In this document: positions 1 through 12,163 of the stretch, piece by piece
Layout of the letters: the number at the start of each line of letters is the position of its first letter
How positions within the stretch are numbered: position 1 is the stretch's first letter
Source: an uncultured Planctomycetaceae bacterium
Lineage (GTDB): Bacteria; Planctomycetota; Planctomycetia; Pirellulales; PALSA-1355
Direction: 5' to 3'
Length of the DNA stretch: 64,000 nt
NCBI GenBank assembly: GCA_963785305.1
Contig: CAWAUV010000009.1
Span: 477,762 to 541,761, forward strand
Program-made: the position numbers and the translations under genes
Notes under the pieces: generated by a model
What the model was told of the DNA's origin: nothing
Seen by the model: the letters and a program-made list of their open reading frames with translations, nothing else
Databases searched by the model: none

Positions 1-532
1 GCGCTTTGAAGATGCCCACGATCACGGCTTGCCGGTCGTTCATCTCGAACTGTTTGCCGAGCGTGAAGGGTTCCTTGGGCCAAAGCTGCTTGAAGCCATT
101 TTCATCCATGAAGACCGCGTCGGGATGTCGCAAGTCGCCGAGATCGCCGAGCGTGACATCTTGCGGAGCGCCGACGAGCGTGGCGTCGTCGAGGCCGATG
201 AGGATCATCTGCTGGAAGGCGCCATCGGCGAGCCGGCCGCGGTTGATGCCTTTGTAGAGCCGCACCGCCCAGGCCACGCCCGGCACACCGCGAACGCGAT
301 AGAGGTCGTTTTCGCTCATCGGCTTGATATCGTCGATGAACTGGACCTTGCGGTCCATGACCCAAATGTCGGCCCCGCCAATGTCCTTGATCTGGCTGAT
401 GGTAAACGACATCAGCCCGCAGAAGATCGAGCCTTGCTGGGCAATGAGGAGCGAGGCGAATGTCACGCCGAGCACAATGCCGATGAACTTGGCGGTGTTG
501 CCCGTCAGCATTTTGAGCGCGACCCAGCTCAT
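1..532 (-). CDS. ABC transporter permease (FtsX/MacB-like), partial at window edge
   Basis: Own translation from ATG at 532: MSWVALKMLTGNTAKFIGIVLGVTFASLLIAQQGSIFCGLM...ADIWVMDRKVQFIDDIKPM. This is a typical N-terminus of this permease family. Not in the ORF track because it runs off the window. Confidence 0.8.
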   Translation of the reverse strand, partial: MSWVALKMLTGNTAKFIGIVLGVTFASLLIAQQGSIFCGLMSFTISQIKDIGGADIWVMDRKVQFIDDIKPMSENDLYRVRGVPGVAWAVRLYKGINRGRLADGAFQQMILIGLDDATLVGAPQDVTLGDLGDLRHPDAVFMDENGFKQLWPKEPFTLGKQFEMNDRQAVIVGIFKA

Positions 533-605
533 CGCCAGTTCCCATCCGTTGGTTTGCCCCCGCCCGACCTTCCGGCGCACGAAGGGCGAGGGATTTGCTC
601 TTTGA

Positions 606-680
606 AGCCTATCCGAGAACTTCGGCGAGCCCTCACCCTGCCCTCTCCCAAAGAGAGAGGGGACAGTTGACGGATAGGCT
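606..680. repeat. REP/MITE-like palindromic element (ccctcaccc-ccctctcccaaagagagaggg core)
   Basis: 10-bp terminal inverted repeat agcctatccg/cggataggct with an internal hairpin. A near-identical core recurs at about 25546-25607. Confidence 0.7.
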
Positions 681-724
681 GTTAAGTCGAGTGTATCAGA
701 CGCCCGAAAGGGGACAAGCTCGGC

Positions 725-2352
725 TTAAACTTGGAACACGCCAAGTTTGTAGGGCTCGTCGTCCACATGGCGCGTGGCGATTTCGAGCGACGCGATCAGC
801 ACATCGCGCGTGGCCGCCGGCTCGATGATCGCGTCGACCCAGCCGCGAGCCGCCGCATGGCGGGGGTCCATTTGCCGCTCGTAATCTTCTTTCACTCGGG
901 CTCGCAGTTCATTGAGGCGCGGTTCGTCGAGCGGCTCGCCCTGGCGCTCGAGGCTTTTGGTCGTGATTTCCAGGAGCGTGTCGGTGGCTTGTTCCGAGCC
1001 CATCACGGCGCAGCGGGCCGTCGGCCAGGCGAAGATCAGCCGCGGGTCAAACGCCTTGCCGCACAGGGCGTAGTTCCCCGCGCCAAAGCTGCCGCCCGTG
1101 ATCACGGTGAGCTTGGGCACGCGGCTATTGCTGATGGCGCTCACGAGCTTGGCCCCGGCTTTGATGATGCCGGAGCGTTCGCTTTCGCGGCCGACCATGA
1201 AGCCGTTTACATCTTGCAAGAACACGAGGGGCAAGTAGTTTTGATTGCAGTCCATCACGAAACGCGCCGCCTTCTCGGCGCTGTCGACATAGAGCACTCC
1301 GCCAAACTGCAACGGTCCCTCGGCCGCTTTGACCCGGTGGCGCTGATTGGCCACGATGCCCACGGCAAATCCACCCAATCGCGCGGTTCCGCACACGAGC
1401 GATTGGCCATATTCCTGCTTGTATTCATCGAAACTGCCGGCGTCGACGATCGCGGCGAGCAGGTCGCGGGTTTCATATTCACGCCGCGCCGAGTCGCCGA
1501 GAATGTCGAGGAGCTTATCGGGCGGCGTCGCGGGCGCCACCGCGGCCACGCGCGAGAAGGGCGGCGCTGGAGTCGGGCTGTCGGGCGCTTGCTGCGCCGC
1601 CAGCCGCCGGAGCCGGGCCAAGCAGGAGGGGTCGTCGGCGTCGCGGTAGTCGATCGTGCCGCTGACTTGCGAGTGCATCGCCGCGCCGCCGAGCTCTTCG
1701 TTCGACACGCTCTGCCCGATGGCGCTCTTCACTAGCGCCGGCCCGGCCAGATACAGGCCCGAGCCTTCGGTCATGAGCAGGGTATCGCAGAGCACGGGCA
1801 GATAGCCTCCGCCGGCGACGCAATTTCCCATGATGGCGGCGATTTGCGGCAGTCCCGCGGCCGAGATCACGGCATTGTTGCGGAAGATGCGTCCGAAATC
1901 GTCTTCGTCGGGAAAGACATCTTCTTGCAACGGCAAGAAAATTCCGGCCGAATCGACGAGATATACGAGCGGGAGACGATTCCGCATCGCGATTTTTTGC
2001 GCCGAAGCACTTTCTTGGCGGTGGCGGGAAAGAAGGCGCCGGCTTTGACCGTGGCGTCGTTGGCGATGAGCATATGGCGACGACCCGCGATGGGGGCCAC
2101 GCCGCAAACCACGCCCGCGGCCGGCGCGCCGCCCCAGTCGGTGTACATATTCCAGCCGGCCCAGAGCCCGAGTTCGAGCAGCGCGGCGCCGGGGTCGATG
2201 AGCTTTTCAATGCGTTCGCGGGCCGTGAGGCGTCCCTTGGCGTGTTGTCGCAGGGTGGCGGCGGGTCCGCCACCAGCGCGGATCGCGGCCTCGTCGCGGC
2301 GCAGTTGCTCAAGCAGTTCGGGCCAAGCGATCGGCGCGGGGTGTCGATTCAT
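725..2352 (-). CDS. Acyl-CoA carboxylase, carboxyltransferase (beta) subunit, MCC/PCC type; one frameshift near 1998
   Basis: KGRLTARERIEKLID, ANDATVKAGAFFP, LVYLVDSAG, GNCVAGGGY, GGSFGAGNYALCG motifs split across two frames (ORFs 1867..2679 and 725..2107). Confidence 0.9.
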
Positions 2353-2986
2353 GCTGAGTTTCTCGAATGTCCACCAGCCGGCGAGACCGCGAAACAGCGA
2401 GCGGCGGCGGGGCCCTGCCCGCGGAAGTGGCTCTGTTCTCAAAGTATCCCTTGAAATCGCAAGCCGGGAAGAGCCCGACCCCGACGATTTTTTTCGATCA
2501 ACCGGTATAATGCTTTCAGGCCGGACGTGAAAAGCGAGCATGCTTCGCCCCGCTGGGGGTAACTTCTGGCCTCGCGCTTGCAGGGACTGCGTATTCACGA
2601 CTCCCGGGCCGCGGCGTGTTTTTCGCGAATGATGTGAAACACGCTTGCCGGCCGCATGAGCCGTGATGCTTGGGAACACTGAAGCCCACGAATCGGTGTT
2701 CGAAACAAATTACGGTCCCATTCTATTTTCATGTGTGTTCTTCGGCGTGGCGAAATCGCCACGCTTCGCCCGCGTCGCCGCTGCCGGTTTTCATCAATCG
2801 CGCCGGGCATGACCGGGATCGTCGAAGAACATGTTTTTCCCAAGTAGCCATGCTCCATGCGTTTAGGGCGTGGCTTGGAGAGAGCCTCTCGACATTGGCG
2901 CCGGACTCGCAGTTACGAGAAAAACCGACACACGCTCGTCAACTCTTTCGTCCCGCGTCCCGTAATGTCTTGGGAGGAACGTCGCC

Positions 2987-4693
2987 TTGACAAAGTCGAA
3001 TCGCAAGTCCGCCGGTCGAAAACACCCTGCTTCGAAAACCTTGGAATCGAAGGAACAGCGCTCCATGGAAGCTCAGCGAGAGGTCTTGGCCACGCCCCCG
3101 CGCACATCGACCCGCTTGAAGGTGGCTCGAGCGCCACTGGCCGACATCGAGCCGGTCGAATTTGATTTCGATTCGGATTCCGAGAGCGAACACGAGAGCG
3201 TCGCCGCCGAGGTCGTGCATGACGACGCCACGGAGTTCGACGACGCCGACGAGGCGGTCGAGTTCGCCACGCCCGGTGAAAATGGCAGCGCCGCGATCGA
3301 CGACCCGGTGCGCATGTATCTGATGCAAATGGGCGAAATTCCGCTGCTCACCCGGGTCGAGGAAGTGCAGGCCGCCAAGCGAATCGAGCGCAGCCGCACG
3401 CTGTTTCGCCACAGCATGCTGGCCAGCGACTTCCTCTTGCAAGGCGCCGCGGCGCTGCTCGAAAAAGTGCGCGACGGCGAACTGCGGCTCGACCGCACAA
3501 TCGAAGTCTCGGTGACCAATGTGCAAGAAAAGAAACGGATCCTTCGCCGGCTTGCTCCGAACCTCAAGACCCTGCGGCATCTGCTGGAAAAGAATCAACA
3601 CGACTATCGAATCGCCATCAGCACGCGCCACCCGCTCGCCGCCCGCCACGAAGCTTGGCGCCGCCTGGTGCGACGCCGCAACAAAGCGGTGCGGCTGGTC
3701 GAGGAGCTCAGCCTCCGCTATCAACGCTTGCAGCCGCTGCTCGACCGCTTGGGCGAAATTTCGGCCCGCATGCTCTCGCTCAAGGAACAAATCGTCGACG
3801 CTTTGGCCGGCCGCGGCTACGCGCCCGAGAATGTCGGCCTGTTGCGAAAAGAGCTCCGCCGGCTGATGCGGCTGACTCTTGAAAGCCCGGCCACGCTTGC
3901 CCGCCGCACGCAGCGCACCAAGGCTTTTCAACATGAATACGACGCCGCGAAGCGCGAACTCTCGGCCGGCAACCTCCGGCTGGTCGTCTCGATCGCCAAG
4001 CGGTATCGCAATCGCGGCATGAGCTTTCTCGATCTGATTCAAGAAGGCAACACCGGCCTGATGCGGGCCGTCGACAAGTTCGAGCATGCCCGGGGCTACA
4101 AGTTCTCGACCTATGCCACGTGGTGGATTCGCCAAGCGATCACCCGAGCCATCGCCGATCAGAGCCGCACGATTCGGGTGCCGGTCCACATGATCGACGC
4201 CATGACCCGAGTGCGAAACGTGACCCGCGACTTGGTGCAGGCCAACGGTTGCGAGCCGAGCGTGGAGCAGACGGCCGAGGCGGCGGGCCTTTCGATCGAC
4301 GACACGCGCTGCATTTTGAAGATGGCCCGGCAACCGCTTTCGCTCGATCAGCCGGTGGGCGATCACGACGACAGCTACTTCGGCGAATTCCTGGAAGATC
4401 ACCGCGAGGACGACCCGCTCTACGATGTGAACCAGCAGTCGCTCAAGCACCGCTTGGCCGAGGTGCTGCAAGGTCTCAATCACCGCGAGCGCGAAATCCT
4501 GCGGCTGCGCTACGGCCTCACCGACGGATATGCCTACACGCTGGAAGAAGTGGGCAAGATTTTTTCCGTCACTCGGGAGCGAGTGCGGCAGATCGAGGCC
4601 AAGGCGGTTCGCAAGTTGCAGCAGCCTTACCGCAGCCGGGAATTGATGGGTTTTCTCGATATCGCCGATCACACCCAGTTCGAGTTGGCGTGA
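2987..4693 (+). CDS. RNA polymerase sigma-70 factor, RpoD/SigA family
   Basis: [17 protein letters not shown] (region 1.2), [64 protein letters not shown]. Confidence 0.95.
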   Translation: MTKSNRKSAGRKHPASKTLESKEQRSMEAQREVLATPPRTSTRLKVARAPLADIEPVEFDFDSDSESEHESVAAEVVHDDATEFDDADEAVEFATPGENGSAAIDDPVRMYLMQMGEIPLLTRVEEVQAAKRIERSRTLFRHSMLASDFLLQGAAALLEKVRDGELRLDRTIEVSVTNVQEKKRILRRLAPNLKTLRHLLEKNQHDYRIAISTRHPLAARHEAWRRLVRRRNKAVRLVEELSLRYQRLQPLLDRLGEISARMLSLKEQIVDALAGRGYAPENVGLLRKELRRLMRLTLESPATLARRTQRTKAFQHEYDAAKRELSAGNLRLVVSIAKRYRNRGMSFLDLIQEGNTGLMRAVDKFEHARGYKFSTYATWWIRQAITRAIADQSRTIRVPVHMIDAMTRVRNVTRDLVQANGCEPSVEQTAEAAGLSIDDTRCILKMARQPLSLDQPVGDHDDSYFGEFLEDHREDDPLYDVNQQSLKHRLAEVLQGLNHREREILRLRYGLTDGYAYTLEEVGKIFSVTRERVRQIEAKAVRKLQQPYRSRELMGFLDIADHTQFELA

Positions 4694-4749
4694 GGGCGGG
4701 CGGGGGCGCGAGTCGCCGAGTTTCGGGCGGAGGGTCGTAAGAATTTCCG

Positions 4750-5367
4750 CTACCGGCGGCGGGAGCGATGTTCCTCGCCCACGCCGGCGTTCTCCTCGCG
4801 GCCTTCATAGGGCACGGAGTGCGCCAGGTGGCGACGGAAGTTGTCTTCATAAGCGGCGTAGAGTGTCTGCTTGTCACGGATGACGAGCAGGTTTTCGGCA
4901 TTCGAGGTTTCTGCCGCCTTGGTGAAGTTGAAGCTGCCGGTGATGATCGTGCGACCATCGATCAGCATGATCTTGTTATGCGCGATCGCATGCTTGTCGT
5001 CGATATAGGTGCGAATACCGGCATGCAGCACGAAATCGGCCGAGGAATATCGCTCGGTCCGTTGGCTTTTGTCGAGAATCACGACAATCTCGACGCCGCG
5101 ATCCCGGGCCTCGACCAGCGCCTTGGCGATCGGGGCCGAGGTGAAGGAATAGGCCTGCACCAACACGCTTCGCTGGGCGCACTGCAACTCGGCCACGATC
5201 GCTTCGGTGCATCCGCCCGAGGGCGAAAAATAGCAGCTGACGCCGTCTTGGGTGTTGGCGCCGAGGCCATCGGGAAATTGCCCGAGCACCGGGCCGATAT
5301 ACACCGCCAGCGCCAACACGGCCCCGGCCAATAACAACGAACCGGCCCAATTCCTGCGACGCGCCAT
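4750..5367 (-). CDS. Phospholipase D-family (Nuc-like) nuclease, secreted
   Basis: Single HKD motif AHNKIMLIDG...TGSFNFT, plus YFSPSGG, QAYSFTS and an N-terminal signal peptide. Confidence 0.9.
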   Translation of the reverse strand: MARRRNWAGSLLLAGAVLALAVYIGPVLGQFPDGLGANTQDGVSCYFSPSGGCTEAIVAELQCAQRSVLVQAYSFTSAPIAKALVEARDRGVEIVVILDKSQRTERYSSADFVLHAGIRTYIDDKHAIAHNKIMLIDGRTIITGSFNFTKAAETSNAENLLVIRDKQTLYAAYEDNFRRHLAHSVPYEGREENAGVGEEHRSRRR

Positions 5368-5611
5368 ATCTCGCTCCCTGCCGCTCACGATCCAGTGCTC
5401 GAACGTCTCGCGCCGACGCGCGAGGGGCGGGGATCATAGAAACATCCGCGGGCCGAAGAAAGACCAGTTCGATCGAATCGCGCGCGACGCGCCGACGGGA
5501 GCGAGCTCGCGGTGCAAGGGAAACATGGGCGGGGATATGCGCGGCTCGAAAAAAACGAGCGCGCCGGGTCCGTCGGGGCGATGACCACCGGCTAGGCCGC
5601 GCCGCCGGCGA

Positions 5612-8600
5612 TCATTTGGGCTGCTCGCATTGCACCACGCCCAGCGAGGTGATGCGGCTGCCGAGGTTCTGGCGCCCAAAAAGGCCCACGATCGGCAGGC
5701 CATTGCCGCCGAGATCGACTTCCTGCGAGCCGCCATTGCCGCCGACCCAATCGGTTTTGTACGACTTTTGAGGATTCAGGCCCGTGGCGGTCATTTCCAT
5801 GAACGTGATCTCGAGACCATCGATCCACAGGCCCGCGCGGCCGTGAATGGCGCCGATCGCGTAGCCCTTTTTAGCCATCACTTTGAGCACCTGGGCATTG
5901 CGGCTGGCGTTGCCAAACACCGGCCCTGGCACGGTAGGTTTTTTATCCGTCTGAAAGATCGGCCGCAGCCCGGTTATGCCCGAGGTGTCGCCGATGATCT
6001 CGATTCCGACCAGGACCCCGCCCACCTCGGGCACGGCGGCGACCGCGGTTCCATTCGTCGCGCCGAGCTCGGGAGACTTCACCAAGTTTCCCGCCTTGAC
6101 CTGGGCCGCGATGGATTTCAGGAGTGCTTTGATGTCGGCGGTCGTGGGGGCGGCGCCGCTGTTCTTCGCGTCTGGGCCCGAGCTCTTGTCGCTGCTCCCG
6201 GCCGGCTCGCTCTTGGCGACCACGATAATGCGTTTCTCGGCCTTGATGCGCTGCACTCCCGAGAGGCTGGGCATCGCTCGCTCATACCAGTAGCTGGCAT
6301 GGGCCAGGAGATTGTCCTTTTTGAGGCCGGTTTGCGAATCCGCCAGATCATGCCAGCCATCGGCGAGCTCGAGTTGCTCCTCGGCGCCGCGCGGACCGGC
6401 AATCTCCTTGGTCGCCAGCGACTGTACGGACTCGTCGCCGCTCTTGGCCAAGCGAGGCAAGCCGGAATCCCAGTCGCCTTTGACCATGCACATGAAACGG
6501 CCGACGATGAGATTCGCCGCCGCGTCGTCGGGCGAGGTTTTCAAGGTCTCCATGCCGCTCTTCGCCTCGGCGTAACCGCTTTGCAACGACTTGAACTGCT
6601 TGCCTCGCTCGAGCACGCGCTCAGTCATTTTCGTGTCCTTGAGCGTCTTGCTCATCGAGAGCGCGAGCGACCCGAGCTTGCGGGCCACGTCGTATTGATC
6701 GGCCTTGATCGCGTCGTCCATGGCGCCGAGCGCCATTTCCACGAACTCGCGCTTCTCGTCGGGCTTGTCGGCCGCGGCCTCGGTTCCGGTGAGCACGCTC
6801 AATCGCAGCGCGGCCCCGTCGGTGTCGAATTGGTTGACGAGCTCGTCGACGGCGCTCATTGCCAACCGCGAATTCGCCGCGTCCATCGCCAGGGCGCGGG
6901 CCTTGTCGAGCAGCGCATCGCGCGCGGCCATGTCGCGCTGCTCGGCGCGGGCCTGGGTCATGAGGGTGTTCGCGAGCTCGACTTTCTTGGACTCCGTGGT
7001 CGCCGCGGCGACTTCCTTGGTGAATAGTTCGTCGACCAGCGATCGGGCCTTGCGGAGCGCTGCGCCCTCGGGCGCCGGCAGGCGAACACGCTTGCTATCG
7101 CGCGGGGGCGCGCTCGACATGCCGCCGGGCGGCGTAAACGGCCGCGAATTTACCGCCGTGGCGCCCGACTCGCCCTCGCCGCTGGATTTCGGCTGCGATC
7201 GCGCCGCGGGCGGCGGCGACTGCCCGCCAACCAATTGTAGCGGCGGCAGCGAGAGCGGCTGATTGGTGTCGGGCCGGCGCAGCGAGGTGGGGTCGACACG
7301 GCGGAAGCCGAATGTGAACTTGCCCGAACCGCTTCCGCCTCCCTCGTTCACATCGATTTGTCCCTCGCCCGCGAGACTCTCGGCGATTCCGAGTTTCTCG
7401 TCGAACAGGAGTGTCGCTTCGCTCGATATCTGCAATAGAGGCTTCACGCCCTCTTTTTTGCTCAAGGTGATAAATTCATAGTGACGCTTGATGGTGACGA
7501 TCGGCGATTCGAACGACACGATCTCATACGTGATTTTCTCGATCGCCGGAAACACCACGGTCTGTGTCGAAGTATGCGGTTGCTGGGGCGCGGGGCTTTG
7601 CGGCGGAGCAAATCGCGATCGCGAGCGGCTTGAGCGACTAAAGGCGGTCGGCGGACGCGGCACGGGGCGAGCGCCCGGCGCCGTCTGGGTGGCGATGACC
7701 TGCGAAAACGAAGTCAACCGCACTGCTTGCCAGGCGGTTTTGCCATCGCTCGGGAGCGGGTTGACGAACAGATCGGCCACGCTGCCGAGCGTTGCCGGCA
7801 AGGGCACGGCCTGTTTTTCATCGGTGATTTCGCCCTTGCTGCTGGCCACGAAGCTACCTTCGCCGCCCACGACTCCCGCGGCGCCGCCCGCTTCGCCCTT
7901 GTAATAGGAATTACAGCGGACGCTCCGCTTCTCGGCTTCGAGCTTGCGCGGATCGATCGTCACCATGATAAACGCCACGCTCGGCTGCACCCGCCGGCCG
8001 AGCAACGCGCCCTGCAACTCCTGCCCTTCGCTCGATAGATCGTATTGCACATTGTGTTTGTCGAGCAGGCGGGCGACATCGGCCGAGGGCACCGCGAAGC
8101 CGATGTTCGAGATGTCCTCGCCCACCAGTTTGGCGCTGGCCACGCCCATCACATGCCCGCGGGTGTTGACCACCGGACCGCCGCTATTGCCATGGTTGAT
8201 GGCGGCGTCGATCTGAAACATCTTGTCGCCGTTCTTATCCTTGCCTTTGATGACGCCGGCCACGATGCCGCGCGACATCTTGATGCTTTCGCCCACCGCG
8301 GTCGACAGCGGAAAACCGACGGCGAGCACATCTTCGTTCAGCTCGACTTTTTCCGAGTCGGCTAGCGGCAGGGCGGTGAGTCCCTTGGCGGCGATGCGCA
8401 GCACGGCCAAGTCATGGCTTTTGTCGACGCCCACGATTTCGACCGCATACGACTTTTCGTCGAGCGTCGCATTGATGTCGATCGCGCCTTCGACCACATG
8501 CGCAGGTGACCAAATAGCCATCGCTATTCACGACGAAACCGGTGCCGCTGGCCTTGATGACTTCCGGTTCGCCGGGCCGCCGCTCGATCTTGGGCGCCTC

Positions 8601-8804
8601 GCCGATCTGGAGCACGCAAGCGCCATTCACGCTGACCGAAGTGTTGATGATCGTGGTCGTGGAGTTGAATTCATAGCCGTATTCGTCGCCTGGGCGCCAC
8701 CTGTATTCGAGATCGGGCCCCTTGGCCGCGGCCAGCGCGGCCACGAAAGCCAAGCAACCCGCGAGCGCGCGGACCAGCGCCCGCCAAAGCGGCGCCACTC
8801 CCAT
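5612..8804 (-). CDS. Trypsin-like (S1C) serine protease, multidomain; frameshift near 8510
   Basis: SGTGFVVNSDGYLVTC/AHV, HDLAVL and DAAINHGNSGGP give the catalytic triad motifs. A helical region and a C-terminal beta-rich domain follow. Confidence 0.85.
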
Positions 8805-9291
8805 TGCGGCGCTCCCGCCAGGCAAGCGCGAGTTCGAACAGGTTCCACCCGACCGGCTGCCAAGCAGGCTCATGGATTCTTTCCTTCAACGAGTGCGACG
8901 ATGGGGCACGGTAGGCGACACCCAACTCCGGCGTTAACCAAGGCAATCCGGACCATCGGCGCCGAGTGTTTTTCCGCTTATCCCGAAGACTCGCCAGCGG
9001 GCCGCGGGCCAAAGCGTTGTCGGAGCGGCTGTTACTTTAACAGATCGACGAATTTTAGGGAAACTTTTTTGTTGTTCTCCAGGCGACGCCAGCGGCTCCG
9101 ATCTCCGCCGCCAATGCTTCGCGAAACCGGACTCCTTCGACCCGAGCGCCGGTTTGCCGACGTTCCTTCGGTTTTAGGCTTAACATCGGCGGTTTCCCGC
9201 GCTAGAATTCGGCCTCCTCACCCTCGGGCGCCGTTCGGCGCGCCTGCGGCCGCGGCACGGTCTTCTCTCCAAACGCTTTTGCTGGTTCGCC

Positions 9292-10944
9292 ATGGCTTCT
9301 CCCGAATTGCAGGTTCTCGGACGTGTCTTGCTGCGAGCCTGCCGACGTTGGCAGTGGCGCAGATAAAATCTCGGACTCGACCGGCGCCTCGCTCTCCGGC
9401 GGCGCACTGCTGGCCCGGGCCCTGGTGCTCGACCGCTTGCTGGCGCGTCATGTGCTCAAGCCGCTGGAAGCGTCGACCGCCCCGCCCGACGCATCGCCCG
9501 AAGATCGCACGCCGCCCGGGGCCATCGTGGGAGTGCTCTTGCCGCCGAGCGTGCCGGCGGTGGTGGTCAATGCGGCGCTGGTGCTCGCGCGCGCGTGGCG
9601 GTGAACTTGAACTACACCATGTCGACCGAGATCATGAACGAGTGCCTGCGGATCGCGGGCATTCGCCAAGTGCTCACGAGTCGCCGCTTCATGGAGAAGA
9701 TGTCGTTCGGCCAGCTCGACGCGGAGTTGATTTATCTGGAGGACCTGCCCGGCAAAGCCACGCGGTGGGACAAAATGGTCGGCGCGGCGCTCGCTTACCT
9801 GGCGCCATCGGCGCTCTTGGAATGCAGGTTGCGGCTCACGGAAGCACGGCCCGATGATCTTTTCACGATTGTGTTCACCTCGGGCTCGACGGGCCGTCCG
9901 AAGGGCGTGATGCTGACGAATCGCAACATCGCCTCGAACACGGTGGCCATTGGCGAAGTGATTCGGCTCAGCGCTTCCGACAAGCTCTGCGGAATCCTGC
10001 CGTTTTTCCATGCGTTTGGATTCACGGTCGCGCTCTGGGCGGTGCTGACGCTCGACCTCGAAGGCGCTTACCACTTCAGCCCGCTCGACGCCAAGGTGAT
10101 CGGCAAGCTATGCCGCGAGCGCGGAGTGACGATCATGCTCGCGACGCCGACCTTTCTGCGCACTTATCTGCGCCGCTGCGAGCCCGAGGATTTCAAGACC
10201 TTGCAAGTCGTCGTGGTCGGGGCCGAAAAATTGCCGAAGGAATTGAGCGACGCCTTCGAGCACAAGTTTGGAGTGCGGCCGGTCGAAGGATACGGCACGA
10301 CCGAGCTTTCGCCGCTCGTGTCGGTCAATATCCCGCCCTCGCGAGCGCTGCCGGGCGCCCTCATGGGACTCAAGGAAGGCACGGTCGGCCGGCCGGCGCC
10401 CGGAGTGTCGGTCAAAGTGGTCGATCCTGACACAGGGGCCGATCTCGCGCCGGGCGAAGCCGGCATGCTGCTAGTGAGCGGGCCCAATGTAATGCAGGGC
10501 TATTACCATCAGCCGGACAAGACCGCCGAAGTGATTCGCGATGGCTGGTATGTGACCGGCGATATCGCGATTCTCGACGCCGACGGCTTCATTCAAATCA
10601 CCGGCCGCTTGAGCCGTTTTTCGAAAATCGGCGGCGAGATGATCCCGCATCTTCGCATCGAGGAAGCGCTGGAGAAAATTCTCTCGCCCGAGGAACACGC
10701 GCTCGTGGCCGTGGTGACCGCCGTGCCCGACGCTCGCCGCGGCGAACGGCTGGTGGTGCTTCACACGCAACTCGCGCAATCGCCCGAGGCGATCTGCGAA
10801 TCGCTCCGTGCTTTGGGTCTGCCGAACTTGTGGATTCCATCTCCGGATAGTTTCGCGGAAGTGCCTGAAATTCCGCTGCTGGGCTCGGGTAAACTCGATT
10901 TGCAAGCGATCAAACGCGTGGCGCTCGAGCGCTTCGCGGAGTGA
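9292..10944 (+). CDS. AMP-binding enzyme (Aas-like acyl-ACP synthetase domain); frameshifts near 9360 and 9597
   Basis: VFTSGSTGRPKGV, EGYGTTELSP, WYVTGDI, GRLSRFSKIGGEM, LLGSGKLD motifs. Confidence 0.9.
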
Positions 10945-11930
10945 AATGGGCACATCCTTTTCCCCACGGCCCCACGGGGGTCAACGCAAGGGCCTATGAA
11001 GCGGCCTGTCGACAAGGAATGGTGGAAGTTGGCCGAATGTTCGTCACGCGAACTAGCGAGCTTGTCGGACCCAAATGGATCGTCGACTTTCCCACCAAAA
11101 AGCATTGGCGGCATCCCTCGCGTATGGAGTGGGTAAGGTCTGGACTTCAGGACTTGGTTCGGGTGATCCGCGAGGAAAGAATCCGATCAATAGCCATGCC
11201 GCCTTTAGGCTGCGGCAATGGCGGACTGGAGTGGTCGCAGGTTCGCCGTGAGATCGAAGGCGAGTTCGCTGAACTAGGGGATACTGAAATTATCGTCTTT
11301 GAGCCGATCACCGCGTATCAAAACGCCCCCAAGCGAGCAGGAATTGAAGAGTTGACGCCGGCTCGCGCCTTGATCGCGGAGCTTGTGCGACAGTATTCAG
11401 TTCCGGGAATCGAATGCACGAACCTGGAAGTTCAAACACTCGCTTGGTTCTTACAGCGCTCGGTTGAGCGACTGAATCTACCCGACCTGCTCTCGCTAAG
11501 CTTCGCCGCGAACAAATATGGTCCTTACGCCGACCAATTGCGCCATTTGCCGAATGGACTGGATGGCAGCTATCTGCATTGTGAGAAACGCTTGAGCGAT
11601 GCCGGGCCCTTTGACACGATCTGGTTCGAGGATTCTCGTCGCGAGGCGGCACAAGCGTTTTTGAAGAGCGACGCGGCCAAGCAATACGCGCCGGCGCTCG
11701 AAAAGACGAGTGCTCTCATTGATGGTTTCGAGTCCCCCCTGGGAATGGAACTCTTGGCGACGGTCGATTGGCTGTTATTCCGAGAACATTGCGAGCCCAC
11801 GGTCGAAGGCGTGCGAATGGGGATAAAGCACTGGGCTGGCGGCGCCACTTCGGCTCGCCGCAAGAACAAATTATTTGACGATCGAATTCTTGTCTTGGCG
11901 TTGGAGCGATTGCAACAATTCGCCGCGTGA
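10941..11930 (+). pseudogene. DarG-like macrodomain protein, N-terminally truncated
   Basis: FPTKKHWR, SIAMPPLGCGNGGLEW, LTPARALIAEL, KYGPYA, GFESPLGMELLATVDW. The usual N-terminal VNTVN/GVMGKG segment is absent. Confidence 0.75.
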
Positions 11931-12089
11931 CGAACTGGATGCTGACAAAACCGGGACTGCACCGACGCCCATGGGCACGCCCGCGCGGCTGCGCCCGAAG
12001 CCGTAATCACTGGCAGTCGCCATGCCTGCCGAGTCGATCGAACTGGAGCCGAACTCGTTCGCCATCGCCGCCATATGGGGGGAAGTTTC

Positions 12090-12163
12090 CACAGAGGAAT
12101 CCGCCCTGCGACCTCGCGGCCGCCCGCAGGCGCATTTTCCCGCCCCTCCCTCAAACAATGAGT
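12090..12163 (+). mobile_element. C-terminal remnant of a Y1/HUH (RAYT-like) transposase and first half of its right-end motif
   Basis: ESALRPRGRPQAHF matches the LxPRGRP C-terminus also seen at about 17950-17990. It is followed by CAATGAGT, which continues as CCTGACCCC on the far side of the intron (14099). Confidence 0.6.

Noticed and set aside
2353..2986. Riboswitch or ncRNA in the long spacer before the sigma factor gene
   Set aside because: No recognisable RNA motif; consistent with a divergent promoter region.
10942..10980. gaaatgggcacatccttttcccc as another transposase end motif at the darG breakpoint
   Set aside because: Similarity to the other end motifs is too weak to support from sequence alone.
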